DNA from: Eukaryota sp. GEM-RC1
Taxonomy: Eukaryota
Assembly (NCBI GenBank): GCA_040285855.1
Contig: JAUFOQ010000005.1
Span: 992,001 to 1,056,000 of the forward strand
Direction of reading: 5' to 3'
Length of the DNA: 64,000 nt
Part shown: piece after piece, positions 1 to 14,300 of the stretch
Layout of the letters: each line of letters opens with the position of its first letter
Position numbering within the stretch: the stretch's first letter is position 1
The notes under the pieces: model-generated
The model's database searches: none
What the model saw: only the letters and a program-made list of their open reading frames with translations
Told to the model about the DNA's origin: nothing
Position numbers and translations under genes: made by a program

Positions 1-98
1 CGGAGAAAAGGAAACATCTAGTTGTAATTTCCTCAAACCTCTCCCTCACAGTGATCTAACCGGGTCACTATTATTAGACATTTTTAAGCTGTTAGCTG

Positions 99-392
99 AT
101 GTCCAAACGACTTTCTGCACCTGACAATCAACCACGACACAAGCAGTCTAAGGTTGTGGAAGAAGACCTACATACATCATATTCTTTACTGGCTGATCTT
201 CTTACAGCGCCACCCTCTGGTGAACAAATTGTTCTTGATGGTTTTCCCACAGAGTTCTCCTCCACTAAAAGTAAACACGTTTTTGGCAATGTCGCTTATG
301 CTGTTGACATTAAAACTAAGCGAAAGTACCGTCAATTTGTCCATAAAAAACGGAACTTTCAAAAGGTGGAAGGTGAAGTTATTAAGAGGTGA
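99..392 (+). CDS. SNRNP27: U4/U6.U5 tri-snRNP 27 kDa protein-like (DUF1777)
   Basis: C-terminal GF.EFSSTKSKHV.GN.AYAV.IKTKRKYRQF matches the SNRNP27 signature (GF..F.STKGK.V....RKYRQYMNR). Confidence 0.75.
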   Translation: MSKRLSAPDNQPRHKQSKVVEEDLHTSYSLLADLLTAPPSGEQIVLDGFPTEFSSTKSKHVFGNVAYAVDIKTKRKYRQFVHKKRNFQKVEGEVIKR

Positions 393-850
393 CATTGCTT
401 CATGATCTTTCCAAGCTTTCCTCTACCACTTCTCAAGCAATAGTACATGTGCTTGAATGATTACATGTAGCAGCATTAAGAGGGAATGGCGTTTTTAGAA
501 GCTTTGGAAGTGCTCTTAGTTGTTATTGATGTACATAATTTGTTTTCCGTTTATTTTTTCTCAGCATTTGAACATTGCAATCCGTAAACAATCAGTTTAT
601 GTGCTGAAACAACTATTCCACCAAACTAAACAATAAAGACTATCAGAACAAACTATTAAAAGAGCAAACTTAATTCAACTCGAACAGTTGTTACTTGGCC
701 AAAATGGAATCAACAAATCTAAACATACCTATTTTGTTCAAACTCTTAAAATGGCAAATCATTTGAGAAAGAGAATGTTTTAGTCTTGAACCAATGTCAA
801 AAGAGAGAAAAAGACAAATGAAAAGGAAACTGCAACTTTTGCCGGTACTA

Positions 851-2316
851 ATGGTGTTCCTTACACATCAACTTCTTGGGAAAAGAACAGGTCTACTCTA
901 GGCCGACTATGGCTCGCTGGAACTATGAAGTCAAAACTCTCAAAGAAGATGGTCATGGATACCAGTATTCCTGATCAAGTCTCGGAGATCAAAGGGTCTG
1001 ACCAACTGAATCTGCGAATAGCCAGCATCCTTCTTTTTGGTCTTGTTGTCATCCACGAAAAGAAATCTCAGTACATCTTTGGTATTGTCACGCCTCTTCT
1101 ACTTATCACAGCTGATGTCAACGACATACTGATTTATGTGAAGAAATCCACGCAGATAAAGGACGGGAAGAAGAAGAAATCCAAAGGAGATGTAACTCGG
1201 CCAGTTGCTGGCCAGCAGTTCAATGATGTTCCATTGGACTTAGCGGATGTCCTTCAGAGCACTGATCTACCATCTCAGTCCTTCCTAGACATGCTTCCAA
1301 GTGCCCAAAGAAGTTCTAGAAGCACTCCAAGATCACTCTCACGGGTGAGCGCCATCGAGAATGTAAGATATTCGCCCTTCGGTCACCAAATGTCATTCAA
1401 TCCATTGGGAACACCACAAATGAATCCGATGGGGGAAGAAATGGATGAACTGTTTGCCATAAACGGTATAGAAATGCTAGACGTCGATGGAATAATGAAC
1501 GATATGCCTCCACTCAACCTTGAGCTCGATCCCATTGATTTTGAAGAACAATTGCCGATCATAGAAGGTAATATAGAAGAGCAAGGATTACAAGAAGAGG
1601 AACATCCATTACTAGAAAGAAGAAAGCGAAAAAAGGATGGAAAGACAGAAATCATATCTTTAGATCATGAGTTACTCAAATACTGGATCGCAAACCCAAA
1701 CAAAATTGTTCATACTCCCCAACTGAAAGTTCCACGACTGTCAGCAGATGACCAGTTGTTAAGCACTGGATCATGGCCATATTCGCTGATGCCAATGTTT
1801 GAAGGTATTATGAAGCAAACTGTACAAGAGTTTAGAATTGATGGTCATTTACAAACTATTGATCCAACTCAAGATCTTTTTGAAGAACCAGAATTAATGA
1901 GAGCTAACTCTGTTTCCCGAACTCCAATCGCTCACAATTTAATTACACCTCAACGATCTAGCAGAACGATTTCCTCACACCAAACAATACAATCAGGATT
2001 CTCTGATAATCTTCTGGAATATGACGATCTATCTATTGATTATAACTCAAACATGATGAATGATTTGCCTGAAATGGACCTTGAATTACCATTAATGGAT
2101 GATGTATTGAACAGTTCCACAGGTAACGATCTGTACCAAAAGTTTGTTGATTCTATACCAATGGGCGAAGTCGTGGAGTTTGATAGAATAATTCGAAACA
2201 GTAATAAGAAAGCTGTTGCTAAAACATTCGCTGATATGCTGATTTTGGCTTCACAAAGTCTTGTAAATGTGGCTCAAGATGTACCATATGGATCAATTGT
2301 GTTAAACATACTCTAA
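851..2316 (+). CDS. Rad21/Rec8-family cohesin kleisin
   Basis: ATG at 851 gives MVFLTHQLLGK, then after a 1-nt shift near A4 (881-884) LGRLWLAGT...LNLRIASILLFGLVVIH (Rad21/Rec8 N-domain). 30-nt GT-AG intron 1082-1111 yields QYIFADVND. C-terminal winged helix VAKTFADMLILA..Q..PYGSI. Confidence 0.85.
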
Positions 2317-2384
2317 GCTTTCATAAACTATAGTTATTCAAAATTATTTTTACAATTTGAAAAAATTTACAAATCTAAGATTTT

Positions 2385-5300
2385 CTAATGATACAATACA
2401 GTTCCACTACCTTCAAACTGTTGAACTTTGATTTCAGTAAGAAGACGAAGGATAGAAGTGGCACTCATTCGCAAAATGGGCCAGACAAAATCAACATCAT
2501 TTTCTGTAACAATTAGTGTAGGATCTGGAGTGGAATCACGACTAAGTTGGACAACATCATTCATAGGATCGTCCCACACACCACGAAAGTTGTCAGTGAG
2601 CTCTAAAGATCCTCTATTCATCAATAAGTAACGTGGCATTTTAGTTGGACCTCTAAATACTGAGACCGAAGCATAAGTTCGTATAAAGGCTGGACTAGCA
2701 AAATTGAAGAAAGTGTTGGTAAATTGACCATTAGTGCAATACAATCGTAGTTCTGAGCTTGGTCCAAAGAAATCAAATATTCCACCTTCAGATGTGGGAG
2801 TATCCATCAAATTGATATGATGACCTTGGTTTCTTAAAGTTCCATGATTGACAAAATTTCCTCTAATTTCAAATGAAGTTCCAGTATAAGCCTTATCGAG
2901 AACAGCTCCTTCAGACACGATAAAAGTAGAGGTTGAACTAACAGTAAAGAGACGTCTCCAGACATTAACTGTGAGAGTAAAAGTGCAGTTTGGTGTTAAA
3001 ATAATAATTGCGTCGTTTGATGACAAAATGCTTCCCCCAGTCCAAATTGAATCACTACTGTTTAACATTACAAAAGAGTTGTGCATATTCTTGTCACCAC
3101 TTGCAATGGTGATTTGAGATTGTACAATCAATGATCCACCAATCAAATTACCACTATTCCACGTCATAATTGCAGGAGAATCAATAGTGATTGTGCTTTC
3201 GAACTGAAGAGTTCCTGAAAGAGTTAAATGATCATAGAAGGTGTAATCAAAAGTATTCAACCTAAGAGTTCCAGCAACAGTAGTTAAACCGAGGTTAACA
3301 AGGGTAGCACCTGGAACATAGTGGTATACACTTCGATATTTGAAACGTAACGGATGTAAAATGTCAAGAATTCCACTTGCAATCGTAGTCCTAGTAGAAT
3401 TGATAGTACCTCTGAAGTGGACTGGAGCAGACCACATAGAGAACTGACCTTCATTAAAGAGTAAACTCTCAGGGTAAAAGAACCAAGCTCTGCCAGTACT
3501 AATGGTATAACTTGAACCATCTTCAACAAAAACATTACCCCAAATGAAACCATCACGAGTATTAGCCAAAACAGAGTTGGAGTGAACATGAATAGTTCCA
3601 TAATTGTAAGTCTGGTATCCATTAGCAACAGTCCTTCCAGAACTAATCACCCAAAGTCCATAATTAGAAATGATTGGCTCTCCTGATTGTACAGAAAGAG
3701 TGAAAGTGCCAGTACCAGAATGCCACAGAACACCAGTGGTATCAATGATTAAATGAGCATCAATATAAGAATACATATGACCAGTAACTAATTCTGAAGT
3801 GTTACGGATCACAAAGCGATGACCATGTGACACGTATACAGCTCCTGAAAAGATGATGTGACCTAAGGAAATGAAACGTCCGTGATAGAAATAGGAATTT
3901 CCAACGTTAGCAACATCAATAACGTACATATCAGCGTATCCGTGACGTCTAGCACTAGAATGAGTAACAACATAAGACCAAAAAGTCACGTCATTTTCAA
4001 CAAAGAATTGCCCCATTGAAGCTACAAAAGTAGGGAACACAGTGTTTGAACAATTTCTAAAGTAGATAGATGCACAGTTGTGACAAGTAGTTGCTAGACT
4101 TAAGACGTCATCCTTATCCCAATCTATTTGCACGTCATCATCAAAGTAGACATTGGCTGATTGGACAATTGACATTTGACCAGAGATTTTGATATGTCCT
4201 CTAAAGTAGGTATGACCATTATAGTGAATGAACTGACCTCCTGGGAGAACATTAAATTCAGAATTTTCAAGAATTCGTTGCCCAGTGTGGTGAGTTCTAA
4301 AGACTGCTGACGTATTAACCACACAGCGGTTCATAGTAATAAGGACAGCTCCGGTAGACTGTAGCGTGAAAAGGCCTCCTCGTTGGTCAATAAATGAATC
4401 AATAAGGTCAGCATTCTGTTGGAGAACAAAGTTTCCAGCAGTATGTAGTACAGTACCATTTAAAAGTCTAAAGTTTGCGTGGATTTCAATGTTCTTCTGA
4501 GCAATGACAAGTCCGTGGATGATGAAGTACCAGTCGGAGTTCCGGGATAGTAAAACGGCAGTAGTAACTGCTGATGAGACAACAAACTCAGCATCTGGAT
4601 AGACAATTAAAGATCCTTCAGCACCACCAGTAATAGTACCTAAGATGTACTCTCCGTGATTAAGGACGTGAATTCCTCTAGTGTAGAGATGTTTGGCGGT
4701 GGTAGTTTGAATAATCATTGAATTATTTAAAATTGTAGCACCAGAGCCTAGCTGGAATCCACCATTCCAAGTGAAAAGCTCGGTAACGTAGAAGTTATAA
4801 GTTCCAGTGACAGTAGAAGTTGCAGATTGTACTAGAAGAGGATTTGAAAGAGAAAGGTTATGTAGATCAAAGATTGCTGACTCTGATAAATGAATCGTAC
4901 AATCCCAATCAGGCAGAGAAGAGATCAAATTAACGACGGCGTTGTTCTTCACGTAAAAGTCCAAGTTTTCGAATGGGTGATAACTATTGTAATCAAGAAC
5001 GTGATTAGTAATTACTTCCACGTCACCAGTGTCAAAAACATTAATATATCCTTTCCAGTTAGTTATGCCGACTCCGGCAAAGAAATGGGTCGAAAGAACG
5101 TAAATATTTGAAAATTCATCAAAATAGAAATGACCGTTTCCAAAAACAGATACACCGTTTTGAGAAACATTCAAGTCCGACGACAAAAATTTAAAAGTAA
5201 GATCAAACATACTGACAACAAAATTGCCGACTTCGACCAGTATTGTGGAATTTTCAAAAGTCACAGGAAGTCTAAGGTTTGAAACTCTTGCAGTAACGGT

Positions 5301-8300
5301 ATTATCAACTAAGAAAAGTGAATTAATGATGATTTTTCCTGTAACTTCCGTATTAGTGGTGATCTCAGCAGTTGTTGCCAGGCTTGTTTTGAAAACTCCG
5401 GTTTCATTTACTAATATTGTGCTATCAACACGGAAGTTTCCAGAAACCCAATCAATCAATCCATGATTGAGAATCAAACCCTCACTAACTGTAGATGCTC
5501 CATTGAATTTGAAAACAGATCCTTCAGGAATGTAGAAAACATGTTTGGGTTCAAAGCTACCAGTAACAAGTTCAAATTCGTTCAAAAGAGTGACGTGAGA
5601 TGTTGAACTAGAGGAAAAGGTAGAAGTTCCAATCATTTTAAAGTTAGGAATATATACGTTTGGTAATGCGAATTCAATAACGGCTGAACTCGAGATCTCA
5701 GTGAAATTACAGAACGTCATGTCGCTTAGACTTAAAACTTGGAGACGAGAAGTAGAATCCATGATTAGGGTTGAAGAAAGGGTCGAAATGGTGACGTTAT
5801 CAGTCAAGACGAGTCTAGAATTGGAGGTCATTCTGAAAACACCAGCAAACTGCAGAGTTCCTCTAAAAGTGGTATCAGAGTCTAAATTAAAGGTCATGCT
5901 ACCATCTCCAAGTAAATTAAAGGTAGAAGTAGTGTTAAAAGTTGCTCGAGGCGATTGAAGATTGATAGTACATGGTGAGTTAATTATCAAATCTCCACGT
6001 AAAATAAACCCTTTGAAAATATTATAATGTCCATGATTAAAGGAAATAGTATTGTGATCATCGAGAACCCAGTAAACAGGCGTGGTAATTGTATGTAGAG
6101 TCGAGTCAGTAATGAGACCGTAATTAATGATTCTAGCAGTATCATCACCTGAAGCAATTTGATAAGATGATGTAGAATAACTGATGGTTAGCACACCAGT
6201 GTCTAGAATTGTAATAATAGAATCGTGGATGCCTCTCACATGTCCAGTAAAGATTTCAAGAGAATTAAACACCCGGAGATTGGCGTTTTCAAAATCAACA
6301 GGGTTAGCTGTGGTAATTTCTGTAAAGTTAGCAGTAATAGAGCAGAATTTTAACCACCCGAATTTGAAATCAAAATTTAAAATATTGAGATATCCGTTTT
6401 GAATATGAGCGTTTGCAGCATTAAGATCGACACGCAGAACAGTAGTGAGACAACCACCAAGATCAAAAGTACCAGCAGCATGTACTGATACTAATTCTAA
6501 ATTTTCAAAATTATTTGTAGGAGTCATAACCATAGTACCAGTATTTTCAACTAAAATCTCATGCCCAATAACAATACCACCGAATCTTACCACAGAGTTG
6601 GAGATCACGTGGAGTAAAGCACTTGAAGAAATGTTAACGACGGAATTGGCTAAGTATTCGAACCTTCCTGCCGTGTATTCAAGTAAAGTGTCAAGTTGGG
6701 TGTGAGAATAGGAATCGAAAAAGGCCTTAAAGGTGGGGTTGATCCGACCGGAAAGTAAACGTGATTCTCCTGTTGACGTAGTGTTCCATAGAATATTGAT
6801 CTGTAGGTTGAAGGTATTTGCTTCAATGACAAGCAGACCGTGATTTAACAACACTGATTCCCGTTTTGCAAAGTCCATTGAGATTGAAACGTCATCAATC
6901 AAATCAAACGTCATCACTCCAGTTTGATTGACCTCCACCAATGCACCGTCATCAATAATTAGGTCACCTTCTGACCAATTGAGCTCGTCAGTAACCCAGA
7001 TTCGATATTGAGAAATGAATTTAGTGTCAGAACCTTCAATAATTTCTAAAGGAGAATATACATAACCAGTGTCAATTAAATTTCCACCAGTAAATTTGAA
7101 ATATTCTTGGGCATAAATTCGACCCTTTCCAGAGAGAGTTCCTGAGCTTACTTCAAGGTGAGTAATGTTGACAGTATTGCAATGGTACATGAGTAAACCT
7201 CCTTGAACAATCCAATGATCAGTTTTTGGCGGGGGAAGTCGGAAATCTACAGTACCACCAGTAACAAGGAAAGGTCGACCGAGAACATTGAACATGACGT
7301 TGGAAAAGAAGATGAGATCACCGCCAAATATTTCAAATTTTGAGTCAATAAACCATTGAACTTCACGTACATAAGTAGTTCCACCAGTTTTAAGGAAAGT
7401 TCCTGTACAATTGATAGAACCCAAATGAAGATAGGTATAACCATCAGACATGTGTAGAATACCTTCAGGATGAACAAGAACTTCAGCCCAAGAATTGAAC
7501 TGAAACTGGGTATCCACTTCACCAGACTTAATTTCAAATAATCCACGATTATTCATGATCAACTTAATCTCGACTGTAGAGTTTTCACTTGATTGCATCA
7601 AGAAATGACCCTCATTATCGATAAAGGATTGGACTCCTGCGGTATGTTCAACACTCCAAGTTTCTTCATCAAATGCCACCTTAAAGGTAGCTGGTTTGGA
7701 GTTGTTAATGACAGCCAGATTGGACATATAGATATGACCTCCTTCCCAAAGCAAAGTATTCTCATTCTGAACAAGTCGTTGGTCAATGTACTTGGGTTGT
7801 GGTGTGTAAATCTTGATTCCTCCACGACTAGTAAGAGGCGAAGCACCTGAGAGAGTTCCTCCTTCAAAGTAAAAGACATCTCTCATATCAATTCTTCCTT
7901 CTCCAGCTATAACACCAGTTCCAGTAAGGATGAATTCACCATGGAATAGAGAGTAAACAACAAAGGTGTGGACACCTCCAGAGATGATACCATCTCCTTC
8001 AACAACGAGTTCTCCCATCCAAGAGGTAAGACCATCAGTAAAGTTAAAAGAGGCAGGAATGTAGATTCGAGCTCTACTTCTGATTTGACCCCCATGTACG
8101 AATAAGGAAGGAAGATCCATTCTAGAAGTACCCAAGAAGTTCAGCATTGATGATGGAGGTCCTTGGACAATCATAGATCTAACATTAAGATAAGCATCAT
8201 CCTCAACATTGACTTCTCCTCCATCTACAGTCATTGATCCTACAGGGGTAAGGATAACTTCAGCAAAAGACATAATGTTGGTAATACCACCAGAGAATAG

Positions 8301-11300
8301 CAGGTTACCAACACCGTGAAGAAGAGACAGAGGAGCGAAAGTGGCAACTCTATTGGAAAACTCAATCATTGTTTCAGAATCACTGAAGATTGTTCCTTCG
8401 AACCAACCACCACCTCCAAAGTTAAGCCATCCCAGTGAGATATTGACTTGGGCAATGTTAGTAATGTACCAAGCCATTTCATTGTAAGTATCGTGATGTT
8501 TGATGACGCCACCAGCGTTACCAAGCTCAGGAACACGTCCTTCCTCGGTGAAGCGAAGGTTTCCTCCAGGAATGAAGTGGAGAGTAGCAACAGTAGAGAT
8601 GATTAGAGCAGATCCATGGCGACCGTAGATGTCTCCTTCAATGAAAAAAGTCTCGTTAAAGGTTTCAACTCGACGACTAGTAAGCATTTTGTCATCTGGG
8701 CCAAGAATATAAAAAGGCTGCGGTACATTTAAAATATTTGTACCCGAGATTTCTCCTCCATACCAATAGATTGATGAATGTGTGTTGGTTCTACCAGCTC
8801 CTCCTAAATCTCCACCAGAGAGATGAACTTCTCCATAGATTTCAAATCTACCATCAAGTCGATGAACTCCGCCATATTGGATCCAGAGGTTACGTACTTC
8901 TACTTCAGAATCACTGTGAATAGTGCCCCCAGAAGAATAAACGTTGGCTACTCTGAGAGGGTATCCATGGAAAGTCATTACACCACCGGAAACATTGAGC
9001 CAATTACCCAAATCAATCAAATCAAGACCTGGATCCCAATTGGATTCACCTCCAGAATGGTAAGTGATTGAGGAAATGTTGTAGAGACATGTCACTATAG
9101 TAGTACCTCCAGAGAAAATCACGTCACCAGCGCCACGTACCCAAGAACCAGGATGAAGGAAGGTCAACCCACCTCCAAACTCAAGGTAAGTGCCTGCTTT
9201 GAGTTCATAAACACCAGAGGAATCTTGACCTCCAGATACGTTCAAATGACCCTCATTGATTAATACAAGGGAACGCTGATCAATGTAAATGTTAATTTGA
9301 GCAATTCCACTTCCAGATTTGAAAATAAGTCCAAGATTCTGAATTCGTGACATTTCACCTCCTCCATAGAAAAGACTTCCTCCTGGAATAAGATTAAATG
9401 AGGATCCCATGAGATTTCTAAAGACAGCTCCATCATAAGCGTAGATATCTCCTCCGTGCCATCTTCCTTCTTGAGTATTGTAAAACTCTGCAATTCTGAG
9501 TTCCTTAGCCGTGGGTCCTTCATAAATATCAAAGGAACCATCAGTAAAAAGTCTACCAACACCTTCAATAGAACCACCATACCAACTCAAAAGACCGCTG
9601 ATATCACAAAGATCAATAACTTCAAACATTCCAGCGTATAGATCAGCAGTACCAAGGATGTCTAAGAAACGGTAAACCACAAGTCTACCTCCAGGGACAG
9701 TCATATCAAGAGCTTCAATATCAATAATAGCATCTAAATGAAGTTCTCCTCCGAAAATGTTGACGTAACCAAAGAAGGTATCGGTTCTGTGAAGGAACAT
9801 AATACCACCAGCAATTAAAACTTCCCTTCCATTGTTGAAGAGCTGAGTGTTACGGTAGAAGTCAATTCTTCCACCAGAAACTAACATTCTGTCAGTGATA
9901 TCATACCAAGCGTAATCAAGTTCAACGTGACCTCCAGAGATTTCAAAAGTTCCATTGGGAACTCTCAAATGCGCTCCAAAACCCATGGTGACGTCACCAC
10001 CTGCCAATTCGAGCGTAGCACCTCCTTGAACATGAACAACATTAGAGTACTCACCACCAGCGAAAAGGGCAAGAGTTCCATCATAAACGTACATAAACTG
10101 AGTGTGAATGATTTTGAATTCAATAGCAATGTATGAAGAATTATACTTATACATATCTCCATAAGACAAAAAGAAGGGAACGTCACCACTAGCATGAACC
10201 ATTGAACAATTGTTATCCCCAGTCATCACGTAGAACCTTCCAGCAGCAGTATTTACAAACCTAGCTCCATCTTTTCCAATGATATCACCAGAGAACCAGT
10301 AGAGATCATTCCAATTTTGTAGATCACGTTGAATAAGAGTATGTTCAGTACCTTGAATTAACATTAGGGTATCACTACGAAGGATACCAGATCCTGAGAT
10401 TGTACCTCCTTCCCATAAGAAGAGATCAACTGCTCTAATGATACCAGTACCTTGCAAAGTACCACCGATTTGGGTTAGCACGTCAGCAGAGACATCACCA
10501 GAAACGTCGACGTTTCCACCGATGGTATTCATTTTAGAAATAGACAAATCACCACCAACAACGGCTGTTCCACCAATAACATTCAAATAGTCTTCGATAT
10601 GAGCAGCACCATCAAATGTGTGGACACCTCCAGTAATATTACCACGAGTTGCAAGGACAGAAAGCCAGAGTGAAGCTCCACCTTCGAATAAGAAGTATTC
10701 TTGAAGGAACAAATCACCTCTACCATATACAAAACCACCTTTAGAGACAACAGCACGAAGAACAAAGGAAGATCCAGGAGCAAAGTTAGCAACACCATTG
10801 TAAACAGTGAGCATTTGACCAACTGATCGAACCTCAGCGTCTGGTAAAAAGTTTGTTACTCCGAATTCGATTTCAGTTCCTTCTTGAACATCAAGCATAG
10901 ACTCTGCCATCATCTCTATCAAAGCATCTTCAGAACCTCCAAAGGTTACTTTTCCTCCGCCTCTAATTAAACAAGAAGCATTCATTGACTGGTAGAACCG
11001 TTTAAACTGAAGAGTTGATCCGGCAGCAGGAGTAAACCTACTGTTACATTCACCACCCCAAAAGGCAGTGACTTCAGTATTAGGAAGTAAGGTGATTGTA
11101 CCATTGTTTAAAGTCCAGTACTGAATCTCAGCTGTTCCTGGAACAGTCTTTTGAATACATCCAAAGTTATACAAATGAGGGATTGTAGAAGTGGAGTTTT
11201 CACAAGGTCGTTGGAGGGTTGATGGGGTGTTGATATAGAGACAATTGTCTTCTTCAATGGTAATGTAAGCACCAAAGTCTCCATAAATAACTCCATTATT

Positions 11301-14300
11301 CCAATTAACGTCGGAATCAAAAATGAGTGGTCTGTAATGATGAGTCTTCTCTGCTTCTCCTTCAATGATTAATCCACCTTTAAAGAATGTTTTTCCAGTG
11401 TCATTAAAAAGACCTCCTCTCCAGTGAGAAAGATCGAGAATTTGAATATCAGCTTCACCAGTGATTAAACCACCGTTTAGCTGAAGAAATTGAGTGGTGA
11501 CGTCATCATGTTCGTGCCAGACACCACCGGAAACAGTAATGTTATAGGCTTGGATAGGTCCAAATGTTTCAAGTAGACCACCATAGACTTCAATTCGGTT
11601 GCAAGTAAAACCATTTTCAATAGTAACGATACCTCCGTAAACCACAACATTATCAGCATTTACAGCGCTGACGTCAACATGACCGTCATAGACTGTGATT
11701 GTGGCGGCGTACATTGTGGCATCAACTCTAAAGGTACCAGACTCAACAACAATATGAGGAGAATACATGTTTTCTTGAATAAAAAGATTAGAGTCTTCAA
11801 AAGAAAACATTCCACAATGCAAATCTTTTTGAATGTAGATAGTTCCTGCAATAAACCGACAAACTTCAGCAGTAAGAGACTCATTAAAAATGGAGGTAGC
11901 TCCAGTGAATTCAATGGTGTTAAAGATATCAACATCCTGAGTAAAAGTAATGTCACCAGTACCACTGATAAATCCAGACGCAAACGTGTAGACATGAGAG
12001 TCAGCGTAGAATTGTGAATTCTGTATGTGGAAGTCATCAAAAATGTACAAGTCCGCACCAGGAGCAAATGAAACACTACCTCCAGACTGAGAATACTTGT
12101 TAACACCAACAATAGAACTTGAATGTATATAACCATCAGAAACGGTCCAATCTTCAAAAGCTCCAGTGATTGGAACTCTTTTAGGCATTAATTGGTAGAT
12201 GGGTTGAGCTTCAGTACCACAAACTTCAGCATAGTATGAGATACCAGTACAAGCAAACAGAACTACAGGAATGATCTCAGTGCAATTGTTGGGATTGTGA
12301 TCGTCATCAGTGTAATTTCCATAGGTGGAGTTATCAAAAACGGCATCTGTAGAATTAAGAAAAGGCATATCAATGTCAATGAAGTCAGTGTCAGTAAAAT
12401 TGCAGGTTGATGAAGCATTACCAATCTTGGCAAATGAGAAGTACAGAGAATCAGTTAGACCTAGATCAATAGTAGAGAAATTGACAGCAAGAGGTACGTC
12501 TTGATTTCCAATGAATTCAGGCCAACAGACTCCAGTTTCCATAAGATAATGTTGATACTGATCAACGAAACAATAGGTGAAGTTAAGAACTGGGGAACAA
12601 TCAAATTTGATTGGAAAATGGTCGAGCTTTGAAACAGCACTTTGTTTTACATACACATCACATTTAGCAGTGTCTCCAATGAAATCCTCTGTAAATGGAT
12701 CCACACTGTATTTCTCATTACACTTGACATAAGCAACATTTGAATAAGAAATCTGAGGGGTATCTGAATCGGTGACGGAACAGGAAAGTGAATCGTCACC
12801 AGCGCAATCAATTGCGACAACTTGTGCGTGGTGAAAGTGAGAAAGTTCAAACCCATTAGTTAGTTCACAAGAGTACGGTGTTTTAAACTTGAATTGGTTA
12901 AAGTCTTGAAGGGAAATCAAATAAGGGTAGTAAGGATCCATACAATCTTCTTCAAAGGCCATGTGATCAAAACAAACAGCAAGACCATCTTCTACAGAAC
13001 AACCATAGCAAACGTCTTCAGATATACAAGTAGCATATTGACCTTGAACTGTAGAATTTCTACAAACTTCTAGAATGGTTGATCCAACAATAACGGAAAC
13101 GTTTCTAATTTCAAACTCAAAGGTATCAACAAAGAATGAACCATAAGTATGTTCAGCCAGATTAGTAGAACCTCCAACGACAAGTAGTTCTCCAGAGTTA
13201 TTGTAGAGAGAACCTGGGTAAAAGAACACATAGTCATCTTCAATACCAAATCTACTTCCAGAATCCATTCCAAAGTAACCATGAGAGTAAAGGCCTCCGG
13301 AAACGAAGAATCTTGCATTTTTCTGGACTAGAATTGAACCTGTTTCAGAAACATTAAATTGAACAAAAGTACGAGTCATTTGACCACCTGTAGTTTTCCA
13401 TGTTCCCCTAACATCAACTATACATTGACCTTCATACTGAGTTCCAGCCCAAGGATCACACCCTAGACACGGAGGTGAGCTAAAACCAGGACCATAATAC
13501 ATTCTCTTAGTACCAACGGAATTATTATCAGTAAATGTAACATTTTGAGGAATAAGGATATTTCCTTGACCCCAGCAGTAGAACTGGCCTTGAGTCCAAG
13601 TAGAATCAGATAACAATACAACGTCCTTGGAGATGATGTACTTATCTCTGCTGTGGTTGACGATAGTAACTGAGGAATGGAACGTGATATTAGTTGGACT
13701 TGTACTTGTGCCAATGATGGAACCTCCAGACCATACTACGGGAAGGTAAACGTTAATGTCGGATGGACTTCTGAGAATTGCAACGTCATTAAAAGAGAAA
13801 AAGTCAATATCGGTAGGTGAGATGAAGTAGAGCTCACCAGTACCAGAAAGAGTAACGTGAGGGAAAGATTGGGATTGTTTAAAGGTGACAGTTCCTTTAG
13901 TAGATGTCATATTATGAGGAAGATCAAAATCAAGATCAATCAAGTGATCTCCACCAGTAATGTCAACATTACCCTTCATAACAACGTCTTCTCTAGCTCT
14001 AAAATGACCTCCAGTTAAGCTAAGATAATCAGTAGTTAAATGATTCATCATATCAAAGACTCCTCCAACATGTACGGAATCGGAAACCAGCTGAGGATAA
14101 TAAGTCAAGTTCCCACTGACGACATCAATTACGTGACCGATAACAGGAGGATTTGAAGTAACATGTACAAAGGAAACACCTCCCACAGTTCTAGTGAAAA
14201 GATAAGGCCAGTAGTCAGCTTCAGGGCGAATATGAAGGACAGCATCTGGTTCACCACCAAACTCAATACCACAGTCAGAGCCAACACCTAGTTTACCAGT

